64,000 bases of DNA from Azolla caroliniana (lineage: Eukaryota; Plantae; Polypodiophyta): NCBI GenBank assembly GCA_043228905.1, contig JBHGNT010000003.1, positions 5,518,001 through 5,582,000 of the forward strand, read 5' to 3'. Shown here in pieces: positions 34,475 to 47,264 of this stretch (its first letter is position 1; each line of letters begins with the position of its first letter). The translations under genes and the position numbers were made by a program. The notes under the pieces are model-generated. The model searched no databases. It was not told the DNA's origin and saw nothing but the letters and a program-made list of their open reading frames with translations.

Positions 34475-34848
34475 CTTTATTGAGGATGTCATCTATACTT
34501 TCCCTAGTAAAAATATGTGAACTGAAGGATTGTAACATTCCTTCTGCATATCATTTTGTTCATAAGCAAACAAATAAAACATTTGGACAGATGTACAATC
34601 CCATTTTTCTTTTAAAAAATACTTGGATGCATTATGTATGTATGTGGGTGTGTACATACTTTTTCACACATTTATTTTAGAGACATTTTGCGTCTTTATT
34701 GAGGATGTCATCTATACTTTCCCTAGTAGTAATATGTGAACTTAAGGATTGTAACATTCCTTCTGCATATCATTTTGTTCATAATCAAACAAATAAAACA
34801 TTTGGAAAGATGTACAGTCCCTTTTTTCTTTTAAAAAATACTTGGATA
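34475..34848. repeat. Direct duplication of ~150 bp
   Basis: CTTTATTGAGGATGTCATCTATACTTTCCCTAGTA...AATACTTGGAT at ~34475 and ~34694. Confidence 0.8.
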
Positions 34849-36483
34849 AACAATCAAGTTCTTCTTTGCTTAAAAATGTTAGTTTGTAAGGGCACATAAG
34901 TAGGCTTCACATCTAAGTGTCTTTCACAGCAAAAATTGAAAGATAATAAAGCTAATAGAAATGAAACTTACAAATTGATCATGAAACTAAAAAATAATTA
35001 TGCTTACAAAGTGAAATTCAAACCTAAGCATCATTCCACATCCATATATCTAACAAAGAAATGAGTTTCAAACTAAGAATGATGGGGAATTTGAGTACAC
35101 AATACTGAAAAACACTTTTAAAATCCCCAGAACAAATACTAAAAGTTAACATTTCATTGGAAAATTCCTAATTTATCCTTGGAAAAGTCCTTTTTGAAAC
35201 TTTCAACCCACTCTCTCTCTATTGTTTGAATTTCCTATTGATGTAGTAGAGGTGACACTTCTTAAACAAATGTGTTCATATACAATACATTTGTATTTCC
35301 TACTCCAAATCTACCTTCTCTTTGTGCTTGGGTAAGATTTTCCCACACTTTTTGTATTGCAAGTTGCCATGACAAGTCCTCTTTATCGTTGCTTTTGAGA
35401 GAGTTCAAGTCAATAGTCCATTACTATACGATGAAAAGCCAGGTGTAAATAGTGCATGATGAAATGGCACTCCCAATGATAAAAGATTTAGTGTGAACAT
35501 TGAATAGACCAAAGCAGCTATAAATTGAGATTTCATTGAAACATGGAAATTGACTTACCAGCATTAGTACAAAACATAAGAAGAGGAGAAAGCAACAACT
35601 TAGGATCCCATTGTGGCATACAATTCATTAGAAGAATCTGAACAAAAGAAATAGCACAATTAATTCATCCAGTAGGAATTTGAAACCAAAAAGTAAAATT
35701 AACGCAACGTCTAAATTTACATGCAATCAACGAACTTGGTCAAAAGAGAAATAGACCTAGTTAAAGTCAAGATTGGTATGTAGTTCTCTTGAATTTGTCT
35801 TGGAATTGTGCATATTCTTGAGGAATAATTTATCATTGATTTTCATCAATTTGGTTCCCTAGGAGATTTTAACTCATGGATGAGACAAACATTTTTCAGA
35901 TATGATACCTTTTAAATCTCTTACACCATTCCTTCCTTTAAAATGTGCTATTTCATCTTTCTTTCTTCCTTATAATTTCACCGCACGAGCGACCTATATC
36001 ACACCAAGAGAGCCTCTTCCCATCAAACTAGAGTGTTCCTATTAAACGGATTACAACCTTCAATTAGTTGTGAGGATATCAACCAGAAGTTATACCAATT
36101 GTTGTAGAATACTTAGCATACAATATGCATAGAATACTTATGTTAAGTATTCTAAAGTATTCTAACCCTTTTTTTAGTACTTAGAATACGTATCTACATG
36201 TAAAATACATAGAGTACATGAAAAACAAGCTAAATATTTTGTAAATTTAAAGCTTTAAACAAATTAATAGCTTTTTGGAATGTGTCCATGTGTTCATACA
36301 TGCATGCAAACACACATATACAAACACAACCATGCATATGCAAATACACATACACACATGCACACATACAAACATGAGTAAAAACTTTGGCCATACCAGA
36401 TCCCTCCTTCGTCCTTGGGCTTCGATTGTGCCTGTTTCTCCTAAATGGGAGAGAGAGGAGGCTCAGCAAAAACCCTTGAAGAC

Positions 36484-36517
<34 letters not shown>

Positions 36518-37000
36518 AATACAAATTATGTTAAACATAACTAGAGATTAATGGGTCCACATTGATCTGGTCAATTATGATCACATCATTTTATGGTATC
36601 GACTTACTAAGTTCTAGTCTAAAAATCTCATATAGTAACATGTCTTTCAATATTAAGTTTACACAATGTCCATCAATCTCACAAACCATATATAGTAACC
36701 ATTCAGTTAAGTCTGTGTCCACTTAAGTGTGTCATTCTATTAAATGCGGTTTTTTATACAGGTCAAAATCCACATCATAAAAATTCCATTGTTTCATGAT
36801 AAAATTACATAAAACCAAATTGAAACTATGTTTTAAACATTCAAAAAACAACAAAATGATCAACATTCAATAAATTTGATGTTGTGAACCTCAAAATGAA
36901 TTGAACTTAAATCTTGCATTCCTACCATTACATAGGTTGGGCATGGGTCTATGAAACGAATCCTATTAATCGGTTAATACCTCATTATGTGGACTCATAT

Positions 37001-37395
37001 TAGGGGAAAGCTATTATTCAAAACTATTCAAATAAATTTAATTGTTTGAAACTAAAGAGGTTGAAAATTAATCGAAACATGAAGGGACGCAAAATAATGG
37101 GTCTTCGTGGACGCGCCAACGTTTTAATTTTCATTGTGATTGTTACGCACAATCATTTAAATGAAATCTTTTGTCAAGCATCATTCTCAAGAAATTTTAG
37201 GGGAAAACTATTATTCAAAACTATTCAAATAAATTTAATTGTTTGAAACTAAAGAGGTTGAAAATTAATCGAAACATGAAGGGACGCAAAATAATGGGTC
37301 TTCGTGGACGCGCCAACGTTTTAATTTTCATTGTGATTGTTACGTACAATCATTTAAATGAAATCTTTTGTCAAGCATCATTCTCAAGAAATTTA
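37001..37395. repeat. ~197-bp tandem duplication, with a third partial copy at ~39712..39822
   Basis: Repeated block CAAAACTATTCAAATAAAT...GGGTCTTCGTGGACGCGCCAAC. Confidence 0.85.
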
Positions 37396-37859
37396 ACCTG
37401 AGCATCTCATGCATTGTGACATTGCCATTCACAACCAAAATCTCCCACGCAAGCATGAAACATTAACGTTCTTGTCCGCTCAAAAGTGCAAACTGGCTAT
37501 GTACTCATGTACTCAAAACATTGCTTCTTTTTCAATTCAATGCTCCCAATGAAATACACTGATACCTCATCCAAATCAACTCAAAAAGGTTAATTGCTTG
37601 AAAAAGAACAAGCATACAATTTTAGAAAACGTGAGGAAAGGCAAAACCATTCTCGTTTGTTTTCAATCTAAGACTCCAATTTCCATGGATGTTGTTATCA
37701 CTAATATTTAATGAAACCTTCGATTGACATCAATGATAGGTGTTGCGGCAGTATAAAAACGCAACAAGGAAAAGCTTTATAGGCACAATAGAGCAACCGA
37801 ATTACGTACTCCATACAACATTTAAGTTTCATCCCACATATATAACTATTATTTATATC

Positions 37860-38102
37860 ATGGGGAAGATGGAGTTGCAACGATTCCGACTTTTGTGTGT
37901 TTTTGTTTTTGTGACAGTCTTAGTTGTTCATGGGCCATCAACAACCTCCGCTGATGAGCCTGAACCTTCTCCTTGTGTAATTCCAAGGCCGATTCTTTCT
38001 CCAATTCCTACCCCTCCTCTAGTGGCAACTCCTAATGCTCCTCTAACTCCTCCGTCGACTTCAATTCCTCCTGCCCCAACTCCATCAGAAAATGATGATT
38101 AA
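37860..38102 (+). CDS. Small secreted proline-rich protein (80 aa; AGP/HyPRP-like)
   Basis: TATAAAA at ~37752. MGKMELQRFRLLCVFVFVTVLVVHGPSTTSA looks like a signal peptide, followed by P/T/S/A-rich repeats. Confidence 0.6.
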   Translation: MGKMELQRFRLLCVFVFVTVLVVHGPSTTSADEPEPSPCVIPRPILSPIPTPPLVATPNAPLTPPSTSIPPAPTPSENDD

Positions 38103-39822
38103 ATTAACCCACTTTTCCAATTCCATTGTTAATCGTGTTCTATAAAATAATGTGGGATTCATAATGTAACCATCACAAACAAATAGAACGGTGTGTTTAT
38201 CCATGAATAAACATATGATTTCATATTCAATAACACCACCTTTCAATTTCTTCTATCATGCACCATGGTATGGTATATGCTACATTGTCGTTGCAAACTA
38301 TTACTTCCGCATTCATGAAGTCCTCAAGTTCATTAATAATTGCGAGAACAAGGTTTCAAATGGCACATGTTTCTTCTATAGCGAGGTCCTAGTGAATGTT
38401 CATATCTTCAAATTATTGTTATGTGCATTGATCTCGTAGAGCAGGAAAAGTCTGGCATATAAGATGTTTCCTACATCTTCGCATAATATCATTCAATGGC
38501 AGATGAGGAATGTGGGATGGATCTACTATAATCTTACATAAAAGGTTGCCCATTCCCATACCGAGTCACGCGATGATATGAGAAGGAAAACCAAAATTCA
38601 TACCATCATCATAGGATGAGATTTTCCATGACAAGTGCATCTAGAATCCCTAACATCGACTCTTGCGCTCCAATTTTGTTTTACTTGGTTCCACAATCAA
38701 ATTACACATAGGCCTTCTGCTTCTACAAATCCTAGGCCTTGAATCTTAATGCCCACGTTTTTGGCAAGGTGCTCTTTTCCTCCCTTCATTGTTCTCGAGA
38801 CCGCTCCTACCACAAAAATAAAATTGACATCATCCATTGCCACTTGTCACAGACACCACACTTTTTCAAAGGACGCATCGCTAATTTTGGTTTACCATAC
38901 AACCTAGTTCCCACCATAACTTGCTTCCCATATTTCGCCTCTAATATATAATGCTAAACCCATTCGTTGTCCCTAAGATATTTGAACCCTTGCCATTATT
39001 GTTCAAGAGAAGAACTCTTAGCACGTGAGTTATCTCCGGTCATCAATTGAATGGCCATCTACTTTTAACCAACTTCTTCTTCACTTGGAATCTCATATTA
39101 TCATAAAATTTGGGTTTTAGGCGCTTTTCCCCGTTCGCACATGCCACAACGTGAGACGGTTAAAAGGTTCTCTCACCGCAAGATAACGTTAAAAGGAGAA
39201 ATCTTTGAATAACGTTTAAGTGAATGAGGTCTTCCTCGGATCCATTTTGGCAATGTCTAAGTCTTGCATACTCTTGGGTTCAAGCCCACGCATTTATAGC
39301 ATCTCAATCCGTGACTAAGAAATAGACAAACCCACCTTATATTCAAACATCACGGTATGGTGAAGGACATTGGGCCCTACGGTGTGAGATACTTGATAAC
39401 TTTGAGGTGCAACCAAGTAAGGGAGAATGCACAACCTCTGAATGTGGGAACCACAGTAAAACGTAAACACAATCATGCTCCCGACCATTGGTATTTTTGC
39501 CAACACAAAAATGCCGCCCGTGATCATATGCATTCGTGGGATAGGGAAGCCTCGAAATGTGAATAAAAATGGCACATAAACACATTTTCCTAATATCAAA
39601 CATTTCCTCTGTTCAAAAAGTGAGAAAAAGATTATCTAACCCGAGGACAAGTTACCTTTTTCCTTCTTTTCTAATAATTACGGTAGTGGTGAAGTTGGGT
39701 CTATACACCATCAAAACTATTCCAATAAATTAATTGTTTGAAACTAAAGAGGTTGAAAATTAATCGAAACATGAAGGGACGCAAAATAATGGGTCTTCGT
39801 GGACGCGCCAACATTTTAATTT

Positions 39823-41060
39823 TCTCAAGGCTTGTAGTAGGTGTAGTGGAATGTGTTTAGTGGGTAGGTCTGTATTATGGAGTTTTATGGTGAGGAGATT
39901 AAGGTGTTTATGAAGTATGTCCTCTAACAGTGGGTATTGTGTAGGGGGGTTCCAAGAGGGGTTGAGTAGTTTAAAGGGGTTGTGTGGGGCGGAGGAGTCG
40001 TCATTTTGAAAGAAATGTCTAAGTCTGAGGGATCTACTAAGGTTGTGGAATTCTTGAAGAATAGAAGTGGAGGTTGGGGGGGGGGGGGGAGGGAGGTATA
40101 AACTTAAGACCTAGGTTAAGGATTTTAATTTCTGTCTTGCTAAGGGTATGTGTAGAAAGGTTGTGGATTTTACTACTATGAGGGGGACTAAAGGGTGTTG
40201 TAAGGGGTTTCCAAAATTTATATCTAAGTTTCTTTTTACATGTTTTTTTTGTATGTGGCCTAAAGGGGATTCTATGTGACATGTTACCTAGCCAATTAGA
40301 AGAATCTAGGGGGGTGGAGTTACCTTTAACAAAATACCACAAACGTTTAGTTAGGTGTACGACGTGTCTAAAACGTCGGTTTGATCTTTTAGCACGCCGT
40401 ACTAAACGTTGTTTGGCCGGTGAAGGTTGTGAGTGGTGGGAAGTGTGATGTGAGAAGAATACATAGGGGATTTAGGGTGACTTGTTGAGGGGTGGATACA
40501 ACTTGTGGATGGTTTGGTAGAGGTGGTGTAGGGAGGATGTTGGGTATGGGTTGATTGGGTGTAGTGGTTAGGGGTGTGGGGGTTAAGAGAGGTGTATGAG
40601 AGGTTGGGGAAGGCTAAGGGTATTTGGGAAAATAGGGGAGGGTTTATGTTGTGATCATGGGTAGTTTCTTTATACCAAGGGGGCCTTAGTGTGTGTGAAT
40701 AGTTGTGAGAGTGGGGGGGGGGGGGGTAGGAAAGGTATTTCTAGAATTATTAGGGGGAGTATAAAAAGAAAAAGGAAGAGAAGGAGAGTTAGGGTTAGGG
40801 TGAGCGTTAGGATTTTCACAATGGGTATGGGTAGGAGGGTAAGGATGAGTATTGTTTTGGGGTTGATGGTCTTCGGGGGAGGGATACAAGGGGGGAGCAA
40901 TGAAGTTGAATGGGGTGTGTTGGGGCTGGTGGTGAATCTGAAGGCAAGTACCTCGCGACTTGTGGAGTGGTGTGTCCTCTTCAAGTGGCGGTTGGGGGTG
41001 ATAATCGGTGGTGGTTATGTTATTAATCGTCGTCTCGTATGTTGTCCGAGAGGGAGGTTG
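39823..41060 (-). mobile_element. Penelope-like element (PLE) N-terminal fragment
   Basis: IHNLSTHTLSKTEIKILNLGLKFIP, then after a frameshift LQEFHNLSRSLRLRHFF and PFKLLNPSWNPP. These are the conserved pre-RT motifs of PLE ORFs. The RT is absent. Confidence 0.6.
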
Positions 41061-41064
41061 ATGT

Positions 41065-44021
41065 TGGAGATTTGGGCAGTTAAACAGGCCACATGGTTGA
41101 GCCCAATAGTGGTGGTGCCAAAGAAAAACAGGAAAATACGCTTACACATCGATTATCGTAAGTTGAATGTCATCATGATCATAGACGTCGCAACCCCCTT
41201 GCACGTCGTTGTACACCACACTCCATTCAAATGGACAGCAACAAAGGACAAGGCATACGAGGCACTAAAAATAATGCTGACACAAGCACCCATCGTACAT
41301 TCCTCATACTAGTCTAAACCATTCCATATATTTGTGGATGCCTTCGACATTGCAATAGGCAACACACTAATGCAGCTCACTGAGCCCAACTAGTACCGTC
41401 CGGTGTACTATTCTAGCCGCAAATTATCAGATGCAAAGCGGAACTATTCAACGACAGAGTGTGAAGCCCTAGGGATGATCTATAACATAAATAAATTCTG
41501 ACATCACTTATTAGGGAGAAAATTCACGTTTCATGTGGATCACACGGCACTATTATACTGAGTCGAGAAACAGGTGTTAATAGTGAAGCTAGTCAGATGG
41601 ATGTTTCTACTCCAGGAGTTTGAATTACTGTAATAATGGTATTATTAAAACTCGCTTGAATGTGAATAATTCCTTTCTGGACTCCGCGTTTACAATCCAA
41701 CATCGACCTGGAACACAACACGCCGTAGCAGATTATTTAAGCAGGATAGATAATGGCAACGTCGCAATAATGCGACACGACGATTTTTCCGACGCCAATA
41801 TTCTGTGGGTTATGGCTACAGCGACAAAAGAAGAGAAGAATTTTCCAGATTGATGGCTGATGGAAATGACCTACTTCTTGACCACGAGACTGCCTCCACC
41901 GTAGCTACCAATGGACGAAAAGAAAAGACGTGTGGTAGGGAGCTGAAATTTTTGTTTAATCGAAGGAGTGTTATACCATAAAAGGAGCGATGGTATCTAG
42001 AGGCGAGGTATATTGCTGAACGAGAAGAACGCGGTCTTACGAAAGGCTCACTACGGTACGAGAGAAGGCCATTATGCGGGGGATGTTACGGCCCGGAAAG
42101 TATGGCAAGCAGTTCTTTGGTGGTCAACTCTGCAAAAGGTGCATATGAATACTGTAAAGAGTACGACCTCTACCAACACATGGGCCAACCGACGGAGCTC
42201 GCACGCATGCCTCACCAGCCAATGCTCTTGCTCAACCCTGTCCAGAAATGGGGCCTCGATTTTGTCGGCCCCTTTATCCCGGTAGCGGCCCGTACAGGGA
42301 ACAAATATATCCTAGTCACCACGGATTATTGTACGAAATGGGTGGAGGCAAAAGCATTACGAGATAACACCATGGCATCTATGACGAAATTCTTGTACGA
42401 ACAAATTTGGTGCCGTTTTGGTTGTCCGATAGAGCTCATCAGCAATCAAGCAAGCCATTTTTTTGAATGCGGCTATTTACGACCTCACAAACGATTACGC
42501 CGTATTATCCCACGCGAATGGTTTAGCATAATCGACGAACAAAACACTGCAGAATATCCTGAAAAAGATCATCAATGAGAATAGAACCTACTGGGACATG
42601 AAGCTGCATAGCGCTTTGTGGGCTTACTGAAAGAGCTATAAAACTAGCGTGCAATCAACTCCTTTCCGACTAGCGTTCAGGATTGAAGCCGTAATGCCTA
42701 TTGAATTTAAGGTACCCAACTTACGCATACAAGTCCGCGAACGACTATTGGAGGGCCAGTCCGAACAAATTCACTTACAGCAATTACTCGAATTAGGCGA
42801 AGCTAGGGTCCACAGCATGGCGATCCTTGAACACGAGTAACGATGGCGAAAGGCTTTCGTGGACCATCACCGCAGCACCAATGAAAAGCACTTTAGAATT
42901 GGGAAAGTGGTCTTGGTTTTCCAAACCCGCATGGGACAAATGCCGGGGAAATTACGGTTCCGCTGGACAGGGTCGTATTGGATAATAGGGGCGGAAAACG
43001 GAACATTCCAATTAGGCACTCTCGCAAGTGAAGTATTGCGACAGAAAGTGAACAGGTTCCGCCTAAAGCTGTATTCGGGACCTACGCAACCAAATCTGTT
43101 TCGCACCATAAAAGAGAATATGGCCGTTGGTTCCCCCACTCACCAATAGACGGGACCCACTTGTAAATATGTAACAGGAATGTTGTACTTTACCGTTAGA
43201 ATGAAAAAAAGAAAAGAGAAGAAGAAGACAGTCACGACTATTAAAGGGACTTCATCCATGCACACTTTCTAAGGAGAAGAACATGCGTCGGCATAATGAT
43301 GCACATACCCATGAACCCTAACTCACAAAAAGAGGACAACAAGCGGTTTTCTGCACATTACAGAAAACAAACTCAAGCCTTCTGCTCTCCTCGTTGTCCA
43401 CCCTATCTCAGACACCACGGCCGGAGTACCCTACGTTCCCTACCTCCTAATCACTCCCCTTACGATCCCTGCCAGGAAAACATGTCGATTCCCATCTCCT
43501 CAGCGCTGCGACAATGGCTCCTTGAGAAAGGTTTCGAGGGCTACATCCGGGTAGAAGAGGCCCCATCGCACCCCGATGCCCAAGAAATCGCGAAGAACCT
43601 CAATGTGGACATAATCATCAATTCCAGCATCAGAAAGAAGTTGGGCTTGTCCGCGGCAAGGGAAAGACACTTCAAAATCCTCCTTGTAGAAGCCTTGGAA
43701 AAATATTTTGGAGAATACTCAACCTCCGCAAAGGCATACAGAACAAGGGATATCCCGAATTCCTTTTTTCATGAGGTAGCAAAGTTTTTACTAGAAATCG
43801 GATGTGCCCATGTAAACGCCTACGGGATGCCAAAACAGAAAGCCGGCATTGTCATCGACACGTTCCAAGGACGCTCCGTAGACTGGGGAGTAATCACGGG
43901 CCCAACACTAAGGGAAGGCTTGCACGCGTTTCAGGCATGCACGTGTTTCAGAGCCCACTTCCACATTGGAGCTCATCCACGAACCGCAGTCGATCATAAC
44001 CGCACAATCATAATACGGTAA
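41065..44021 (+). mobile_element. Degenerate non-chromoviral Ty3/gypsy pol with a downstream extra ORF (43296..44021)
   Basis: WLSPIVVVPKKN.KIRL.IDYRKLN, RNase H remnant, integrase KWGLDFVGP / DYCTKWVEAKAL, and KLRFRWTG. Confidence 0.8.
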
Positions 44022-44599
44022 CGGCGAGCTCATGGCGGAAAGTGAAGTGCTAAAATCTCCGGACATTCCGGATATGGCCCATGAGTTTAGCGCATTGTTG
44101 CAATTCGGCACGACATACGAACTCATTGAATTCTTGGCAACATAGCAGATAAAAGTGTCCAAGCGAAAGGCCGAGGAGCACTCCGAACAACGAATGATCG
44201 AGCGTGTACTAACACGGATGGCGAAAGGTGATGATGAAGGGTCGTTAGCAAGACTAGGAAGGAAACGCAACACGGGGGTCCGCTACGTCGGAATCAAACT
44301 CCGTCCACTAAATGTTGCCTTAGTCGAAATTCATAGGGAGTTGGCAAAGCTCGGGCTGGATGCCAATGACATGGTGATTAAGAATAAAAATGTGTGGAAA
44401 CCTTAAAATGACCCAAGACTAATTAAATAAGGCGCAGGAGCGTATCACATAGTTGGAGAATAACGCGGCCACTACGCAACACCCTCCGGATCCTACCTCT
44501 AAGATACAAGATGATTGCCTTACCATTAGGACAACTATCATATAGTGTAGATTTTATGTATTTCCTTAAATTCATATACAAATTATAAACGAAACAACC

Positions 44600-44945
44600 A
44601 TAGAAAACCATGTGCACAAAACCATGGTTTTAAACCCATGGTTTGTGCATGACATAAGCAAAACCGTGTGCACAAAACCATGGTTTTAGCCCATGGTTTT
44701 GTGCATGTCACAAGCATGGAAAGACCTATAAAAGCCTCTAGTTGGGCTTGTGTAAGGGAGGCTCAATATGTGATATCACCAACACCATTATCATCAATAT
44801 AATTATATTTGTCTTTATCTTCTTCATATTTTTCTACTTCTCAAGTGTACAATCTTTCTTCTTCTCAAGTAAACCAATTTCATCTAATCTTACATTGATC
44901 GTCATCTCTTCGATAATTCTGCAAACATCCTCCCCAGTCCAAGAC
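44600..44945 (+). mobile_element. LTR-like fragment with AAAACCATGGTTTT palindromes and TATA box
   Basis: Repeated AAACCATGGTTT motifs, CCTATAAAAG, then a CT-rich tract. Confidence 0.4.
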
Positions 44946-44949
44946 CCCG

Positions 44950-47264
44950 GTGGTCGCTCGAGTAGCACACGCACGCGCGAATCTTCACGACATCATGGGA
45001 GTCGGCCGAAAAGCCAAAGCCAAATTGTATTGGCTGGAATTGGCCGAAGAGTTGAACTGTGAGACGGCTGGTCAAAATCATGCCGAAGAGCCAAACCGAG
45101 ACACGGCACGGCCAAAAAGCCGAACCGTGGTGAACAACCGTACCAAGACATGGCATGGCCGAACCATGACGGCTAGCCGAAATTGGCCAAAGAGCTGAAG
45201 TGTGTCGAACAAGAGTTCAAAGAAGTATATAAAGGAATATATATATATATATATACACATATATGTATTCATATATGTAAGGAAGTTAGGTTAGTATATG
45301 TATAGGCATAGTGATATTAGTTGCCTATGCATGTGGGATAACTCATTAAGCATAAAAATAGTGAGAGCAGCTATATATAGTGAACAAAAGTGTGAAAAGG
45401 GATATATAGAGTGTGAACAAGCGTGAGAGTGTGTAAGAGCGGGAAAACATGTTGTGTGAACATGCTGCAAGTGCAGAGCAACAGAGAGCTATCACAGTAT
45501 TGGTTGTGTCATGAATCCGTGAACATTATTATGTGGCTTCACTTGAGCTTGAAGCCAAGACCTTGTAATACATAATCAAGAACCTAACCATTAAGATAAC
45601 ATATGATTATATGAAATAATAAAAGCTACTTCTTGTAATAGACTGATATTATAAATGTTCTAGAACATCCTAGAACATTCTAAAATATCCTAGAACATCT
45701 TAGAATATTCTAGGTCTAGAACATTCTAGAACATTATAGAAATCACTAGGTTATTCTATAGGAACCTATAAATATGGACATACAATTCTTCTCAAAACCA
45801 ATTCGAATCAACACCAGTCTTAAGCTCTCATCGCCTATCTTGTATCCATCCTTATTCTACTTTAATACATTTATTCTTCTCTTATCATTTCATTCCTCTT
45901 CTTGTGATCTCTTTATATCTTTCTTCTATCACTTTACCTTCTCTCTTGGTTCTGACAGGTTGTGCGAGTGACATAGCTCTAAAGCTGAGTACAAAGAAAG
46001 AAAAGAAAGAAGAGAGCAACAAAAAAGAAATAGAGACAAAACAGAGAAGCTTTGCAACCTTCGAAAGAGATAGATACCTACGAGTTAGGGTTTCGTGCAC
46101 TTGGCTGAAATTGTGGATTCTGAGTACATCCATACCAAATTAGGTTCTATCATTCTATGATTGTAGTTCGTCTTGTCTCATAGTAGAAATTTTTGTTCGT
46201 CGTGGTTTTTCCTTGAAATCAGGGTTTTCCATGTAAATCGTGTGTTATTTGTTTTCATTTGTTTGTGTTTTTGTATATCTGTGGTTTACATCTGAGTGTA
46301 AAATCTATCAAACTAGCATTAGAGCGTAGGTTCTAGATGGAAAGGGGCGTGAGTGGCTTTCCGGGGATGATTGTCCTAAACTCACAAAACTACTCAGACT
46401 GGAATATTAAAATGGAAGATCTTCTAATAGTCGAAAGTCTATATGAGCCTATAGAAAGGAAGGATATACCGATAGGGGTAATAGAACCTGAGTGGAAACT
46501 CTACATAGAAAGGCGGCAACTATAAGACAATGTGTGGACATTAGTGTCCTACAACATGTAGCAAGTGATACCAATGCATTCGAGTTATGGCATAAACTCG
46601 TTGCCCTTTACGAAAGGAAAAATGCCTTAAATAAAACTTCCCTAATGAGGAAAATAGTGAGACTAAAGTACGTAGATGAGGAGAGTAGTGTAGAGCACAT
46701 CAGTACTTTAATGGGACTGGTGAATTAGTTAGCATCAACGAAGTTCCCATTAGATGATGTTATGCAAGCCACACTACTACTATGTACTCTACCGGATAGT
46801 TGGGAAAACCTAATAGTGACACTCAGTACCTCATGTAAAGAAGACAACCTATCTTTACAAGTAGTAAAGACAAGTATTTTAAATAGAGTTGACAAGAAGA
46901 AAGGATAAAAGTGTCGTGTCTCAATCAAAAGCTAATGTGACACAAGAACTTCGTAGAGGAAAAAGCAAACACAAAAGTCCCGAAAATGGAGATAGGTTTT
47001 ATGCAAGGTCGAAATCTAGAGGAAGACCTACATGCTTCTATTGTGGAAAGTGTGGTCACTTCCAAAAGAATTGTCGACGCCTTAAAAAGGACAAAGGCAT
47101 GGCTGATGAGGCCAAAACCAGAAAAAATTCCAATGAGAAAAATACCTCAATCATTGCAACTAGTGAGGAAGAGATGTTATTTATCTGTGAACAAGCTAGT
47201 GTGAATCTTGCAAATGTTAAATGCTCATGGGTAGTGGATTCCGGTACATCATTCCAACTAACCC
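44950..47264 (+). mobile_element. Second copy of the copia family at 17733..20390: LTR part, PBS 46314..46325, degenerate gag from 46337
   Basis: Clear nucleotide similarity to 17790..19915. MERGVSGFPGMIVLNSQNYSDW, CFYCGKCGHFQKNC and protease WVVDSG. Confidence 0.88.
45507..45957 (+). mobile_element. Chromovirus-related solo LTR with 5-bp TSD GGTTG
   Basis: TGTCATGA...TCTGACA. GGTTG at 45502..45506 and 45958..45962. Same layout as the LTRs at 2102 and 5749. Confidence 0.9.

Noticed and set aside
24881-35181. Firm TIR/TSD boundaries of the transposon
   Set aside because: Only a 9-bp inverted match, the flanks differ (ATGA vs GAAA), and the interrupted copia does not resume.
35555-35650. Isolated minus-strand exon with AG/GT borders
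   Set aside because: No recognisable product and no partner exons that I could support.
38400-39600. Possible decayed coding remnant
   Set aside because: No recognisable motif in any frame.
40689-41312. 207-aa ORF as a real protein
   Set aside because: A chance fusion of antisense PLE low-complexity sequence with a gypsy RT fragment.
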